A stretch of 64,000 nucleotides of DNA from Squalus acanthias. Taxonomy: Eukaryota. Numbering within the stretch: the first letter of the stretch is position 1; every line of letters starts with the position of its first letter. The notes under the pieces were generated by a model. That model searched no databases. It had not been told where the DNA came from and saw only the letters and a list, made by a program, of their open reading frames with translations. Below are positions 24,663 through 36,650 of this stretch, piece by piece. The position numbers and the translations under genes are program-made. Location of the stretch: positions 57,848,001-57,912,000 of the forward strand of contig CM059438.1 in assembly GCA_030390025.1 (NCBI GenBank), given 5' to 3'.

Positions 24663-26403
24663 GTCCAGGTCATTAATATATCAAATCATGAAGATCTATT
24701 TACAATAACAGGGTAATCTAAAAAATATAATACATACATAACTTTTTCATCAACACTCAAAGATCTAGAAATTCGACAGAGCCATGCCGGTTTTTCAGGC
24801 GCAACTGGGAGTCTTAGGCTGCGATTTTATTAATGGAGGCGGGTTGAGTGCGGTCAGGTGGTTTCCAGCTTCCAGTCCCGCCCCCAGCTGCTTCCATTCC
24901 ACAGACGTGATTTTGCCTTGATTGACCTTATTAAGCCCGCCCTGCGGGCTTGCTGGCCAATTAACAGGAAGCCGGTCTGATGACATCATTTGATGACGTG
25001 TCATCTGCCGGTTTCCTTAAAGGAACCACGCACAATTTTATTTTGACTGTTAATTTCTCAGTGTTTGACAGCATTGAGGTGCTGAAAACACTGACAATCA
25101 CTGCACAAAGGTGACCTCTTGCACCCAGGCTCTCCAATGACTCCCTCCATAGGCTGGAATAGATAAGGTGACAGAAGCGATCTGTCACTGGTGAGAGAGA
25201 TTCTCCCAATGAGGTGGCACTGGACATGGATTTAAAAACTTGTAAGCTAAAGAAATCTGTAAATGTATTAAAAATGCAGTACCCAACATTTTATTTGCAC
25301 TGAAACTCACCATGTGCAATGTGATCCTTCACACCACTTCTGCAGTTGTTATCATTCCACAAACATTACAGCAGACTCACAACACACCACACTTGCCTGG
25401 CGTGATAAAGCGGCCCTTTCCACCACCAAATGGGTAGCACTAAGTGCAGCAGGAGCAGGAGACATAACATATCTGGAGGAAAGGCCTGGTGCAGAAGTGA
25501 GGTATAAAACTTACTATTTCTTAAAGGTACAATGGCAGCACTAGAGGAAACAACATGAGCGACAAGGATGGCAGCCAGACCAAAGAAATGAGCAGCCAAC
25601 TTTACAGGGCTAGACCTGCATATCGTAACAGACATACAGAGAGTGCCATCTTCTTAAACCCCAGAATTCCTTTGTAGTGCAAGAAGTTTAATGACTTCAT
25701 CAGAGCATGGTAAGCGACTTGCTTTCCCGATACTTTCTTGTGGTCCCTTTATATTTCTTTGTGGTCGCTGTATATTTATGGCATTCCATCATTCATTACC
25801 CTCATAGTTACAGAGGAGTCTATGGTAAAAATGGGATCTAACAGTGGGGAGTCGAGGTTTCGTAGAAGTCAACCTCTTGCTTCCCAGCCTGCAAACTCAG
25901 ATGTCTGGGACCTGCTCTAAAAAGGATTTTGGCTGAGCATCACACTCAAATGGAGATCCAGTGGACCATCTTGGAGGACCTGAAGTATTGGCATTGGTGA
26001 CAGCGAAGTTCAATGTCATCTTCATTGCCAATATCCGAGAAGGATTTGACACACTGCAGCACTGCCTCACTTTGTCAACATTTAGCTTGTTTGTGACCAG
26101 TAGAACCCCATCGTGCAAGTAAATGCTCACTTTTCTGGCATCTGCTTAGATTCCTTAATATTAAGGTAGGCAACCATACCAGCACTCCTTCACTCAGAAA
26201 AGCAAATGTTTTGATGGATCCTGGGAGTTCTTCCTCTACAGGGTACCTTAGCACACCTAACGAGGACACCGGATGAACACTCCAATTCTGCCACCAGAGT
26301 CACCAAGAGAACAGATTATTGAGATTTTGAAATCACATTTCAGGTGTTTGAACTGGGCAGAAACTCCTCTGCAATGTGCTCCAGCTAGGGTCTTAAGAAT
26401 AAT

Positions 26404-27147
26404 GGGCCGAAAATTGATCCCGGGACGCGAGAGTACGCACTGCGTACTCTCGCGTATTCCCACTCCAATTGCCGGTTTTCTGCATGGCCTGCGCATGCGC
26501 TGAAAACCGGCAATTGCTCTTCTGAAAAGGGGGCGGGGCCTGGGTGCATCGCGTGCGCGCTACAGGCTGCGCGCACGCTGTGCACTTCATGCTTTGGACG
26601 CGCAGGTAAGTAGGGAAGATTTTGGAAATGTAAAAAGGAGGAGTAAGACCCGCTTTTAAGAAGGTAAGTAGTGAATTAAGTATTTTTTTGAATTTTTTTT
26701 TACAGGTATATCTTTTTTATAGACTTTAAAGACAGGTAAGTTTATTTTTATAACTTTTTAAAAGATTTTAAATTTTTTCAAAAATTTAATTTTTTATTTA
26801 AAATGGTTAATTTAATTAACTATACTTATTTTATTAATGTGATGGTTTTTTTTTTTTATTTAATTGAGGTTTAGCTGTTATTTTGGGGGGGTGTAAGATT
26901 CATAGATTTCACAGCCATGCTGTGAGACTTATGAATGGAAGATGGTGTGCTGCCGTTGGCTCTAACTGAGTCACGTGATCCCACAGCTCGCACGAATTCA
27001 CTACGCCGCTGGGATACGCAAGCCCAGCACAGCTGATGTCTGGAACATCAAGTTCGTGCGAGCTGGATCTGAAAAAGCATAAGCGAGGTGAGACATCGCG
27101 GGGAAGGCTTACCCCCGCGGGAACAGAGCGAGATCAATTTCTGGGCC
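26404..27147. mobile_element. Harbinger-type MITE, copy 1
   Basis: GGGCCGAAAATTGATC ... GATCAATTTCTGGGCC with TSD AAT. Near-identical to 33274-34018. Confidence 0.88.
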
Positions 27148-27149
27148 AA

Positions 27150-28096
27150 TAAGAATGTTAGAAATAGGAGCAGGAGTAGGCCATACGGCCCCTCGAGCCT
27201 GCTCCGCCATTCAATAAGATCATGGCTGATCTTTTACTTCAACTCCACTTTCCCGTCCTATCCCCATAGCCCTTGATTCCCTTGGTGTCCAAAAATCTAT
27301 CGATCTCAGTCTTGAATACACTCAACGACTGAGCATCCAGAGCCCTCTGGAGTAGAGAATTCCAAAGATTCACAACTCTCAGAGTGAAGACATTCCTCCT
27401 CATCTCAGTCCTAAATGGCCGACCCCTTATCCTGAGACTATGACCCCTGGTTCTGGACATCCCTGGAGTACTTAGAGGGGGTGCAATGAAGGTTCACCAG
27501 TTTAATTCCTGCGATGAGAGGAAGGTCCTATGAGGAGAAATTGAGTAGAATGGGCCAAGGGAAACAGCCTCTCAGCATCTACCCTGTCAAGTCCTCTAAG
27601 AATTTTATACTTTTCAATGAGATCACCTCTCATTCTTTTAAACTTCAGAGAAAATAGGCCCATTCTATTCAATCTCTCCTCATAGGACCACCTTCTCATC
27701 CCAGGAATCAATTTTGTGAACCTTCATTCCACCTCCTCTAAGTACTCCAGGTGTGGTCTCACCAAAGTCCTTTATAATTGCAGCAAGACTTCCTTACCCT
27801 TCTACGCCAACCCCCTTGCAATAAAGGCTAACATACCGTTTACTTTCCTAATTACTTGCTGTACCTGCATGTTAACTTTCTGTGATTTGTGTACAAGGAC
27901 ACTCAAATCCCTCTCAGTACCAACATTTACTAGTCACTCACCTTTTTAACAATATTCTGCTTTTCTATTCTTCCTACCAAAGAGGATAATTTCACATTTC
28001 CCCGTATTATATTCCATCTGCCATCTTCTTGCCCACTCACTTAACCTGTCTATATCTCTTTGCAGCCGCTTTGCGTCCTCCTCATAGCTTACTTTC
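27150..28096 (-). mobile_element. Rearranged antisense CR1 3' fragments, continuing at 32704-32940
   Basis: CR1 RT C-terminal motifs on the minus strand; sequence resumes after the young CR1 insertion. Confidence 0.8.
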
Positions 28097-28097
28097 T

Positions 28098-28369
28098 GGC
28101 CGGTATCGGGAGCAACAGGAGAGAACAGTGAGTATTTAAACTCACTTTCGCGGGCTTTTTTCAGAGGCCGGTGTCGGGAGCAACAGGAGAGAAGAGTGAG
28201 TATTTAAACTCACTTTCGCGGGCTTTTTTCAGAGGCCGGTGTCAGGAGCAACAGGAGAGAACAGTGAGTATTTAAACTCACTTTCGCGGGCTTTTTTCAG
28301 AGGCCGGTGTCAGGAGCAACAGGAGAGAACAGTGAGTATTTAAACTCACTTTCGCGGGCTTTTTTCAGA
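28098..28369 (+). repeat. 4 x 68-bp tandem monomers at the CR1 5' end
   Basis: Units start at 28098, 28166, 28234 and 28302; nearly identical, with no spacers. Confidence 0.95.
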
Positions 28370-28689
28370 GGCTTACCAATCTCACAGACCGGCGGCGGCG
28401 TTCCAGACCAACGTCATGATTCAAAAAGTGACGCGGGCAAGAGGAAGCAGCTGATTGGGTGAGTACGGTCAGGTGAGTATTTATACTACTCTATAGTTTG
28501 ACAGTTAAGGTTAATAGTTTATAAAGTTTAGAAGGTCTTAATTTTGTGGTTATAGTTTCTAAGGTCTCTGTTGTGTAGCGGGGAGTGCTAGTAAACAAGT
28601 GCCTTTGTGTATAACTATTAATTGTAGTGTAATTGGTGGTATTGATTTGATTTAATTTAATTTAATTTAAATTAATTAAAGGGTAAGTC

Positions 28690-29626
28690 ATGGCAGCACA
28701 GCTCGGCCCCGTGGTATGTTCCTCCTGCGTGATGTGGGAAATCAGGGACACACGACCATGTGTGCGGGAAATGTATCCAGCTGCAGCTACTGGCAGACTG
28801 CATTGCGCCACTGGAGCTGCGAATGGATGCATACTGGAGCATTCGCGATGCTGAGGACGTCGTGGATATCTCGTTTAATGAGTTGGTCACATCGCAGGTA
28901 AAGGCTGCACAGGCAGGAAGGGAATGGGTGACCGCCAGGCAGAGTAGTAGGCACAGGCAGGTAGTGCAGGGCTCCCCTGTGGCCATTCCCCTCTCAAACA
29001 GATATACCACTTTGGATATTGTTGAGGGGGATGGCTTATCGGGGGAAGGCAGCAGGAACCAACTTCCTGGCACCATGGGTGTTTCTGCTGCACAGGAGGG
29101 GAGGAAAAAGAGCGGGAGAGCTATAGTGACAGGGAATTCTATTGTAAGGGGAATGGATAGGCGTTTCTGCGGCCGCAAACGAGACTCCAGGATGGTATGT
29201 TGCCTCCCTGGTGCAAAGGTCAAGCATGTCTCGGAGCGCCTGCAGGGCATTCTGGAGGAGGAGGGTGAACTGTCAGTTGTCGTGCTGCATATAGGTACCA
29301 ACGATATAGGTAAAAAACGGGATGAGGTCCTAAAAGCTGAATATAGGGAGTTAGGAGGTAAATTAAAAAATAGGACCTCAAAGGTAGTAATCTCAGGATT
29401 GCTACCAGTGCCACGTACTAGTCAGAGTAGAAATAGAAGGATATTTCAGATGCATACGTGGCTAGAAGAATGGTGCAAGGGGGAGGGATTCAAATTCCTG
29501 GGACATTGGAACCGGTTCTGGGGGAGGTGGGACCAGTACAAACTGGACGGCTTGCACTTGGGCAGGACCGGGACCGATGTCCTAGGGGGAGTGTTTGCTA
29601 GTGCTGTTGGGGAGGGTTTAAACTAA
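28690..29626 (+). pseudogene. CR1 ORF1 (zinc finger plus SGNH esterase-like), with an early frameshift
   Basis: MAAQLGPVVCSSC..then CGKC; motifs GNSIVRG, HIGTND and DGLHL. Confidence 0.88.
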
Positions 29627-29748
29627 AATGGCAGGGGGTTGGGAACCTGTGCAGGGAGACAGAGGAAAGGGAAGCAAGGATAGAAACAAAAGACAGGAAG
29701 GAGAAAAGCAAAAGTGGAAGGCAGAGAAATCAAAGGTGTAAATCAAAC

Positions 29749-32610
29749 ATGGCCACAGTAAACAATAATTCTAAATGGTCTAAGAGTGTTAAAAAAACAA
29801 GCCTCAAGGCTCTGTGTCCTAATGGGAGGAGCATTCGTAATAAGGTGGATGAATTAGCTGCGCAAATAGATGTAAACGGATATGATATAATTGGGATTAT
29901 GGAGACATGGCTCCAGGGTGACCAAGGCTGGGAATTCAACATCCAGGGGTATTCAATATTCAGGAAGGACAGGCAAAAAGGAAAAGGAGGTGGGGTAGCA
30001 TTGCTGGTTAAAGAGGAGATTAACACAATAGTAAGGAAGGATATTAGCACTGATGATGTGGAATCTGTATGGGTAGAGCTGAGAAATACCAAGGGGCAGA
30101 AAACGTTAGTGGGAGTTGTATACAGACCCCCAAACAGTAATGCTGAGGTTGGGGATGGCATTAAATGGGAAATTAGAGACGCGTGCAATAAGGGCACAGC
30201 AGTTATCATGGGTGACTTTAATCTACATATAGATTGGGCTAACCAAATTAGTAACAATACTGTGGAGGAGGAATTCCTAGAGTGTACATGGGATGGTTTC
30301 CTGGACCAATATGTCGAGGAACCAACTAGAGATCAGGCCATCTTAGACTGGGTATTATGTAATGAGAAAGGATTAATTAGCAATCTTGTTGTGCGAGGCC
30401 CCTTGGGGAGGAGCGATCATAATATGATAGAATTCTTCATTAAGATGGAGAGTGAAGTAGTTGACTCAGAGACTAGGGTCCTGAATTTAAATAAAGGAAA
30501 CTACGATGGTATGAGGCGCGAGTTGGCTAGGATGGATTGGGGAACGTTACTTAAAGGGTTGACGGTGGATAGGCAATGGCAAACATTTAAAGATCGCATG
30601 GATGAACTACAGAATTTGTTCATCCCTGTTTGGCATAAAAATAAAACAAAAAAGGTGACTCAACCGTGGCTAACAAGAGAAATTAGGGATAGCATAAGAT
30701 CCAAGGAGAGGACATATAAATTGGCCAGAAAAAGCAGCAAACCTGAGGATTGGGAGCAGTTTAGGATTCAGCAAAGGAGGACAAAGGGATTAATTAAGAG
30801 GGGGAAAATAGAGTATGAGAGTAAGCTTGCAGGGAACATAAAAACTGACTGTAAAAGCTTCTATAGATATGTGAAGAGAAAAAGATTGGTGAAGTCAAGC
30901 GTAGGTCCCTTGCAGTCAGAATCAGGGGAATTTATAATGGGGAACAAAGAAATGGCAGACCAATTAAATACATACTTTGGTTTTGTCTTCACAAACAAGG
31001 ACACAAATAACCTCCCAGAGATGTCGGGGAACATAGGGTCTAATCAGAGGGAGCAACTGAATGAAATCAGTATTTGTAGGGATATGGTGTTAGGGAAATT
31101 GACAGGATTGAAGGCCGATAAATCCCCAGGGCCTGATAATCTACATCCTAGGGTACTTAAGGAAGTGGCCCTGGAAATAGTAGATGCATTGCTGGTCATC
31201 TTCCAAAATTCTATAGACTCTGGAACAGTTCCCATGGATTGGAGGGTAGCTAATGTAACCCCACTATTCAAAAAAGGTGGTAGAGAGAAAACGGGGAATT
31301 ATAGACCGGTAAGCCTGACATCGGTAGTGGGGAAAATGCTAGAGTCCATTATAAAAGATGTAACAGCAGAGCACTTGGAAAACAGTGACAGGATCGGACA
31401 AAGTCAACATGGAGTTACAAAAGGTAAATCATGCTTGACTAATCTACTGGAATTTTTTGAGGATGTAACTGGTAGAATAGATAAGGGAGAACCAGTGGAT
31501 GTGGTGTATTTGGACTTTCAGAAGGCTTTCGATAAGGTCCCACATAAGAGATTAGTGTGCAAAGTTAAAGCACATGGGATTGGGCGTAAGGTACTGACTT
31601 GGATAGAAAACTGGTTGGCAGACAGGAAGCAAAGAGTTGGAATAAACGGGTCTTTTTCCGAGTGGCAGGCAGTGACTAGTGGGGTACCGCAGGGATCGGT
31701 GCTAGGACCCCAGCTATTCACAATATATATTCATGATCTAGACGAGGGAACCAGATGTAATATCTCCAAGTTTGCAGACGACACAAAGCTGGGTGGGCGT
31801 GTGTGCTGTGAGGAGGATGCAGAGAAACTCCAGGATGATTTGGACAGGTTGGGTGATTGGGCAGATGCATGGCAGATGCAGTATAACGTGGATAAATGCG
31901 AGGTTATCCACTTTGGTGGCAAAAACAGGAAGGCAGATTATTATCTGAACGGCAATAGATTGGGAAAAGGGGAAGTGCAACGGTACCTGGGTGTCCTTGT
32001 GCACCAGTCGCTGAAGGTAAGCATGCAGGTGCAGCAGGCGGTTAAGCAGGCAAATGGTATGTTGGCCTTCAAAGCGAGAGGATTCGAGTACAGGAGCAAG
32101 GATGTCTTGCTGCAGTTGTACAGGGCCTTGGTGAGACCACACCTTGAGTATTGTGTGCAGTTTTGGTTGCCTTATCTGAGGAAGGATGTTCTTGCCATGG
32201 AGGGAGTGCAGCGAAGATTCACCAGACTGATACCTGGGATGGCAGGAATGACGTATGAAGAGAGATTGGGTCGATTGGGTTTGTATTCGCTAGAGTTTAG
32301 AAGAATGAGAGGGGATCTCATTGAAACTTATAAAATTCTAACAGGACTAGACAGACTAGATGCAGGAAGGATGTTCCCGACGGCGGGGGTGTTCAGAACC
32401 AGGGGTCACAGTCTAAAGATAAGGGGTAAGCCATTTAGGACTGAGATGAGGAGGAATTTCTTCACCCAGAGAGTGGTGAACCTGTGGAATTCTCTACCAC
32501 AGAAGACAGTTGATTCCAATTCATTAAATATATTCAAGAAGGAGTTAGATATATTTCTTAAGGTTAAGGGGATCAAGGGATATGGGGAGAAAGGAGGGAC
32601 AGGGTACTGA
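29749..32610 (+). CDS. CR1 ORF2, APE endonuclease plus reverse transcriptase, 953 aa, uninterrupted
   Basis: Motifs [48 protein letters not shown] and FADD. Confidence 0.95.
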   Translation: MATVNNNSKWSKSVKKTSLKALCPNGRSIRNKVDELAAQIDVNGYDIIGIMETWLQGDQGWEFNIQGYSIFRKDRQKGKGGGVALLVKEEINTIVRKDISTDDVESVWVELRNTKGQKTLVGVVYRPPNSNAEVGDGIKWEIRDACNKGTAVIMGDFNLHIDWANQISNNTVEEEFLECTWDGFLDQYVEEPTRDQAILDWVLCNEKGLISNLVVRGPLGRSDHNMIEFFIKMESEVVDSETRVLNLNKGNYDGMRRELARMDWGTLLKGLTVDRQWQTFKDRMDELQNLFIPVWHKNKTKKVTQPWLTREIRDSIRSKERTYKLARKSSKPEDWEQFRIQQRRTKGLIKRGKIEYESKLAGNIKTDCKSFYRYVKRKRLVKSSVGPLQSESGEFIMGNKEMADQLNTYFGFVFTNKDTNNLPEMSGNIGSNQREQLNEISICRDMVLGKLTGLKADKSPGPDNLHPRVLKEVALEIVDALLVIFQNSIDSGTVPMDWRVANVTPLFKKGGREKTGNYRPVSLTSVVGKMLESIIKDVTAEHLENSDRIGQSQHGVTKGKSCLTNLLEFFEDVTGRIDKGEPVDVVYLDFQKAFDKVPHKRLVCKVKAHGIGRKVLTWIENWLADRKQRVGINGSFSEWQAVTSGVPQGSVLGPQLFTIYIHDLDEGTRCNISKFADDTKLGGRVCCEEDAEKLQDDLDRLGDWADAWQMQYNVDKCEVIHFGGKNRKADYYLNGNRLGKGEVQRYLGVLVHQSLKVSMQVQQAVKQANGMLAFKARGFEYRSKDVLLQLYRALVRPHLEYCVQFWLPYLRKDVLAMEGVQRRFTRLIPGMAGMTYEERLGRLGLYSLEFRRMRGDLIETYKILTGLDRLDAGRMFPTAGVFRTRGHSLKIRGKPFRTEMRRNFFTQRVVNLWNSLPQKTVDSNSLNIFKKELDIFLKVKGIKGYGEKGGTGY

Positions 32611-33273
32611 ATTTGGATGATCAGCCATGATCGCATTGAATGGCGGAGCAGGCTCGAGGGGCCGAATGGCCTACTCCTACTCCTATCTTCTATGTTTCTA
32701 TGTTTAGCTTTGTATCATCAGCAAACCTGGATACAATACACTTGTTCCCCTCATCGAAGTCAATGATATATATTGTAAATAGCTGAGGCCCAAGCACTGA
32801 TCCTTGCGGCACACCACTAGTTATAACCTGCCAACTGAAAATGACCCGTTTATTCCTACTCTCAGTTTTCTGTCCGTTAACCAATCCTCAATCAATATTA
32901 TCCCCAATCCCATGAGCCCTAATCTTGTGTAACAACCTCTGTGTGGCCCCGTATTAAATGCATTTTGAAAATAATGGTATGCTGTATTCGGCACAACTTT
33001 GCCTTACACAGATGCCTCATTATGCAGGGCCCACAGGAGGAAGCCAAGGATAGCAGGGCGATCAGCCAGAAGAGAAACAGCAGCCTTCAGAGGATACATC
33101 TGCAAGACACATTCAGGTCAGTCTGATGCAGGATTATCTTATTTTTACCACCACATTTGGCCAACTTCTCTTGACCACCTTATCAAAGCCTCTTACCAAT
33201 AACAATTAACAATGCATATTTATTTTATTTGCATCCAGTTTTTAAATATATTTAGTGTATATATAGCATCGTA

Positions 33274-34018
33274 GGGCCAAAAATTCATCCCGCGACGCGA
33301 GAGTACGCACTGCGTACTCTCGCGTATTCTCTCTCCAATTGCCGGTTTTCTGCATGCCCTGCGCATGCGCTGAAAACCGGCACTTGGTCTTTTGAAAAGG
33401 GGGCGGTTCCTCGGTGCATCGCGTGCGCGCTACAGGCTGCGCGCACGCTGTGCACTTCATGCTTTGGACACGCAGGTAAGTACGGAAGATTTTAGAAATG
33501 GAAAAAGGAGGAGTAAGACCCACTTTTAACAAGGTAAGTAGTGAATTAAGTATTTTTTTGAATTTTTTTTAACAGGTATATCTTTTTTAGAGACTTTAAA
33601 GACAGGTAAGTTTATTTTTATAACTTTTTAAAAGATTTTAAATTTTTTCAAAAATTTAATTTTTTATTTAAAATGGTTAATTTATTTAACTATACTTATT
33701 TTATTAATGTGATGGGTTGTTTTTTTTAATTTAATTGAGGTTTAGCTGTTATTTTGGGGGGGTGTAAGATTCATAGATTTCACAGCACGTATGTGAAACT
33801 TATGAATGGAAGATGGTGTGCTGCCATTGGTTCTAACTGAGTCACGTGATCCCACAGCTCGCACGAATTCACTACGCCGGTGGGATACGCAAGCACTGCC
33901 CAGCTGATGTCTGGAACATCAAGTTCGTGCGAGCTGGATCTGAAAAAGCACAAGCGGAGTGAGAGATCGCGGGGAAGCCTTACCCCCGCGGGAACAGAGC
34001 GAGATCAATTTCTGGGCC
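33274..34018. mobile_element. Harbinger-type MITE, copy 2
   Basis: Colinear and near-identical to 26404-27147; flanks differ. Confidence 0.88.
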
Positions 34019-34547
34019 ATTATTTCAGCATAACCCTTCATGTCATACATACCAGGCACTGGCATGGTCATTAAACTGCTGCAAACAGACATAATGGTAC
34101 TAATGAGATCACTGATGCCCTGTCAGATGGTTGCCTGTAAAAGGCTTGCCTAGTCTGTCGAAGGTGGAACAGACAGCCCTTTCTATTCTGGCAACCAAGG
34201 CCTTTATCGGAGCATTTTCCGCAATTTCTGCAATTGACCTGCCATCTGCAGTGCCTGAATATACATGTAATTCTCTGCAAGGATCCTTCCTTTATAAGTA
34301 GGACGGATGAAATGTGAGATCCCATCTCATCCTAATTCGTATGTTCGTAAGCCAAGAGGCAATGGGGCATAAATTGACCATCGTTGTGCCCCTTTTACAG
34401 ACGTAAAACAGGCGCAATGATGATGAATTTAGCAGAGCAACGACCCACGCACGATTTTTATGACCGTTCTGGTGCCAATAAATTCATTATATGGTGAGAT
34501 TAGACATTTTACTTATTCCTTTAACTCACTAACCCAGCTACACTGAC

Positions 34548-34625
34548 CTATAGGTTTGCATGCAGCCAGTTACATGATCTTTCTCTTCAAACATACTTTC
34601 TTCAGGAACTCCAGGACTTAAAGAC
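34548..34625 (-). CDS. Repeat exon A2 of unknown host gene, SLSPGVPEESMFEEKDHVTGCMQTY(R)
   Basis: CTTTTGTCTTTTAG acceptor and AG|GTCAGT donor; 78 nt; only phase 2 is open. Confidence 0.7.
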
Positions 34626-34894
34626 CTAAAAGACAAAAGCAAGATAGAACAAAAAGGGACAGGGAAAACATAATTTTGCGTTTTGTGCATCACAAGCATA
34701 TAACCTGGTGTAATTGAATCTAGAATGAGAATGTATGCGTAATTGCCTGAGGCACTTTTATGTTTGGCTCATACAAATCATGAAGATATATTTACAATAA
34801 CAGCGCAATTTGACACGCCTGCATAACTTCATCACCAACACTCACAATGTTATAAAGTAGCATCGCTTCCACAATTGCTCAGAGTGGTCAATTT

Positions 34895-35200
34895 ATTTAT
34901 TTGGTCACAGGCTGTGGGTGACATTTTTCTCCATCCCTAGTTGCCCCTGAAAAATTATTTGTACAACTGAGTGGCTTGCTAGACCACTTCAGAGGAAATT
35001 ATAATCAACCATGTAGTGTGGATAAGAGTCAGATTAGGTAGAAGTGGCAGGTTCCCTTCCCTGAAGGAGATTAGTGAACCAGTTGGGCTTTTACAACAAT
35101 CCAGCAACTTTCATGGTCATTTTCTGTGCTAGCCCACAAATTGCCAGATTTACTGAATTCAGTTACACAATTTGCCGTGGTGGAAAGTGAACTTTGAATA
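34895..35200 (-). mobile_element. Old SINE-like repeat, duplicated at ~53550-53870
   Basis: Its tail matches the 3' end of the LINE family at 58771 (CCATCCCTAGTTGCCCCTGA). It occupies the same position in both duplicated blocks. Confidence 0.55.
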
Positions 35201-35279
35201 TCAGATTTCTGTCACATTCTGATCGGAAATGCTCACAAATATGGTTCATGATCAAATTATTATGTCACTCCTTTATTAT

Positions 35280-36447
35280 TGAAGAGATCGCAAAGTCTCT
35301 GTTTGAAGAATGGACTCAGTCGAGAATATTTTGTGGACTTTATGGGATTTTTCTGAGGGTATTTTCCCTGTGATGGGATCACCCTGTGCAGATACGTGAA
35401 AAACTGGTTTGTTAAAACTCCAGAGAACGCATGCCAGTCGGCTGTGACAAAAGAACTGTCAGTCATCCAGAATGTATGGGTTCGCCCGACAGTCCTGGAA
35501 AAAGGGGGGGGGGCCATTGACGAAGGGGCTGAGGACCCTGAGGCACCCGTTAACTTGAACCTATTAGAAAGCCACTCTAATATGCAAAAGCACTTCTCAC
35601 CTCCATCTCAGAAGAGAAGCAGAACAATGAACCCACTAGTCTAGCCAGCCGAAGAGGAGCCAGTTTTTCCCAACACAAAGACCGAGATTGGTCTGATGAT
35701 GGCCCATCACTGACTAAGCACCGGAGTGCTCAGAAACAAAAGGATTTTAAAGATTGGCGGGAAAGACTCCTATAAAGATAGATCCTTTTCCACCATTCTC
35801 TCTCTCTCTCGCTCCACCAAGATCGACCTAACAAGAAGAAGTACCAGAGGAAGAAGCCGCTGAGACTGAGAACCGCATACCCCTCACAGGGAACGGCCTC
35901 CAGGCAGTGACTTCCCACAGCTGAGCGGAGCGATCAAGACCGACTGAGTGTGGTGGTAAGCATGGTCTCGAGTGTCCCAAGCCGGTAACCAGATATCCCA
36001 GGCGAGCTGGGTGAGGTGTAAGGGCTCAGGGTTTTTCTCAGAAGTGAAGTTTTTTTGGGCTATTCCGGGGTGGAAGCTTCGTTTGGTTCAGCCAGGTGAA
36101 GGGGCTTATGCGACTGGGTAATTCGTTGGTAGGGGTGGAGTTAGAGTCCACCATAGCAACAAAGGAAATTACTGCTTGTTACAGTCCCCAGTTGTGTACT
36201 GTATGTATGTTCTTTGTAACCTGGATCTTATTATCCACAGAGACAGTGATTTCGTTTAGTAGTGTATGTTTTAGCCAGTGTATGTTAGACCAAATAAATA
36301 TAAGTATGATTTTTCACTGAAGCGTTCCTGTCCGTGACTTATTCCATTTACATTCTGAATAATAATTCCCGGGTATAGAACTTTCGTAAGGAGGGGGCGA
36401 TTCGAACCGTCCGTCTAGCAATTGGGCTAGGATCAAAACCGCTTACA
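35280..36447 (+). mobile_element. Solo LTR (~1.17 kb)
   Basis: TG...TTACA termini and AATAAA near 36293. Absent from the paralogous site near 53950. Its 3' end resembles that of 20842-22735. TSD is degenerate. Confidence 0.72.
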
Positions 36448-36621
36448 TCTCATACAATATTCAGTGAAATGTACACATTTTATAATGTAACAAAACACAG
36501 CTTACAGCACAAATGCATATATTATCTGCAAAGCATGCTGGCTTGATAACATTTTCGAGTGCATTCATGTCATTCCCAACTGCACACCAGACAGACTCAC
36601 TTCTGTGCCACTAACACTGAC

Positions 36622-36650
36622 CTATAGTTTTGATTACTGCTAGTTACACT
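36622..36650 (-). pseudogene. Truncated repeat exon B2 (SVTSSNQNY(R)), cut at a Harbinger end
   Basis: Donor AG|GTCAGT and 29 nt homologous to the exon at 54118. A Harbinger TIR begins immediately at 36651. Confidence 0.65.

Larger units (their letters stand above)
28098..32703 (+). mobile_element. Young near full-length CR1 LINE
   Basis: 5' monomer array, ORF1, open ORF2, and a 3' UTR ending in TATGTTTCTATG. Confidence 0.96.

Noticed and set aside
28098..28369. Regular 68-bp repeats resembling a CRISPR array
   Set aside because: There are no unique spacers and no cas genes; the context is eukaryotic and the repeats are contiguous with a CR1 5' end.
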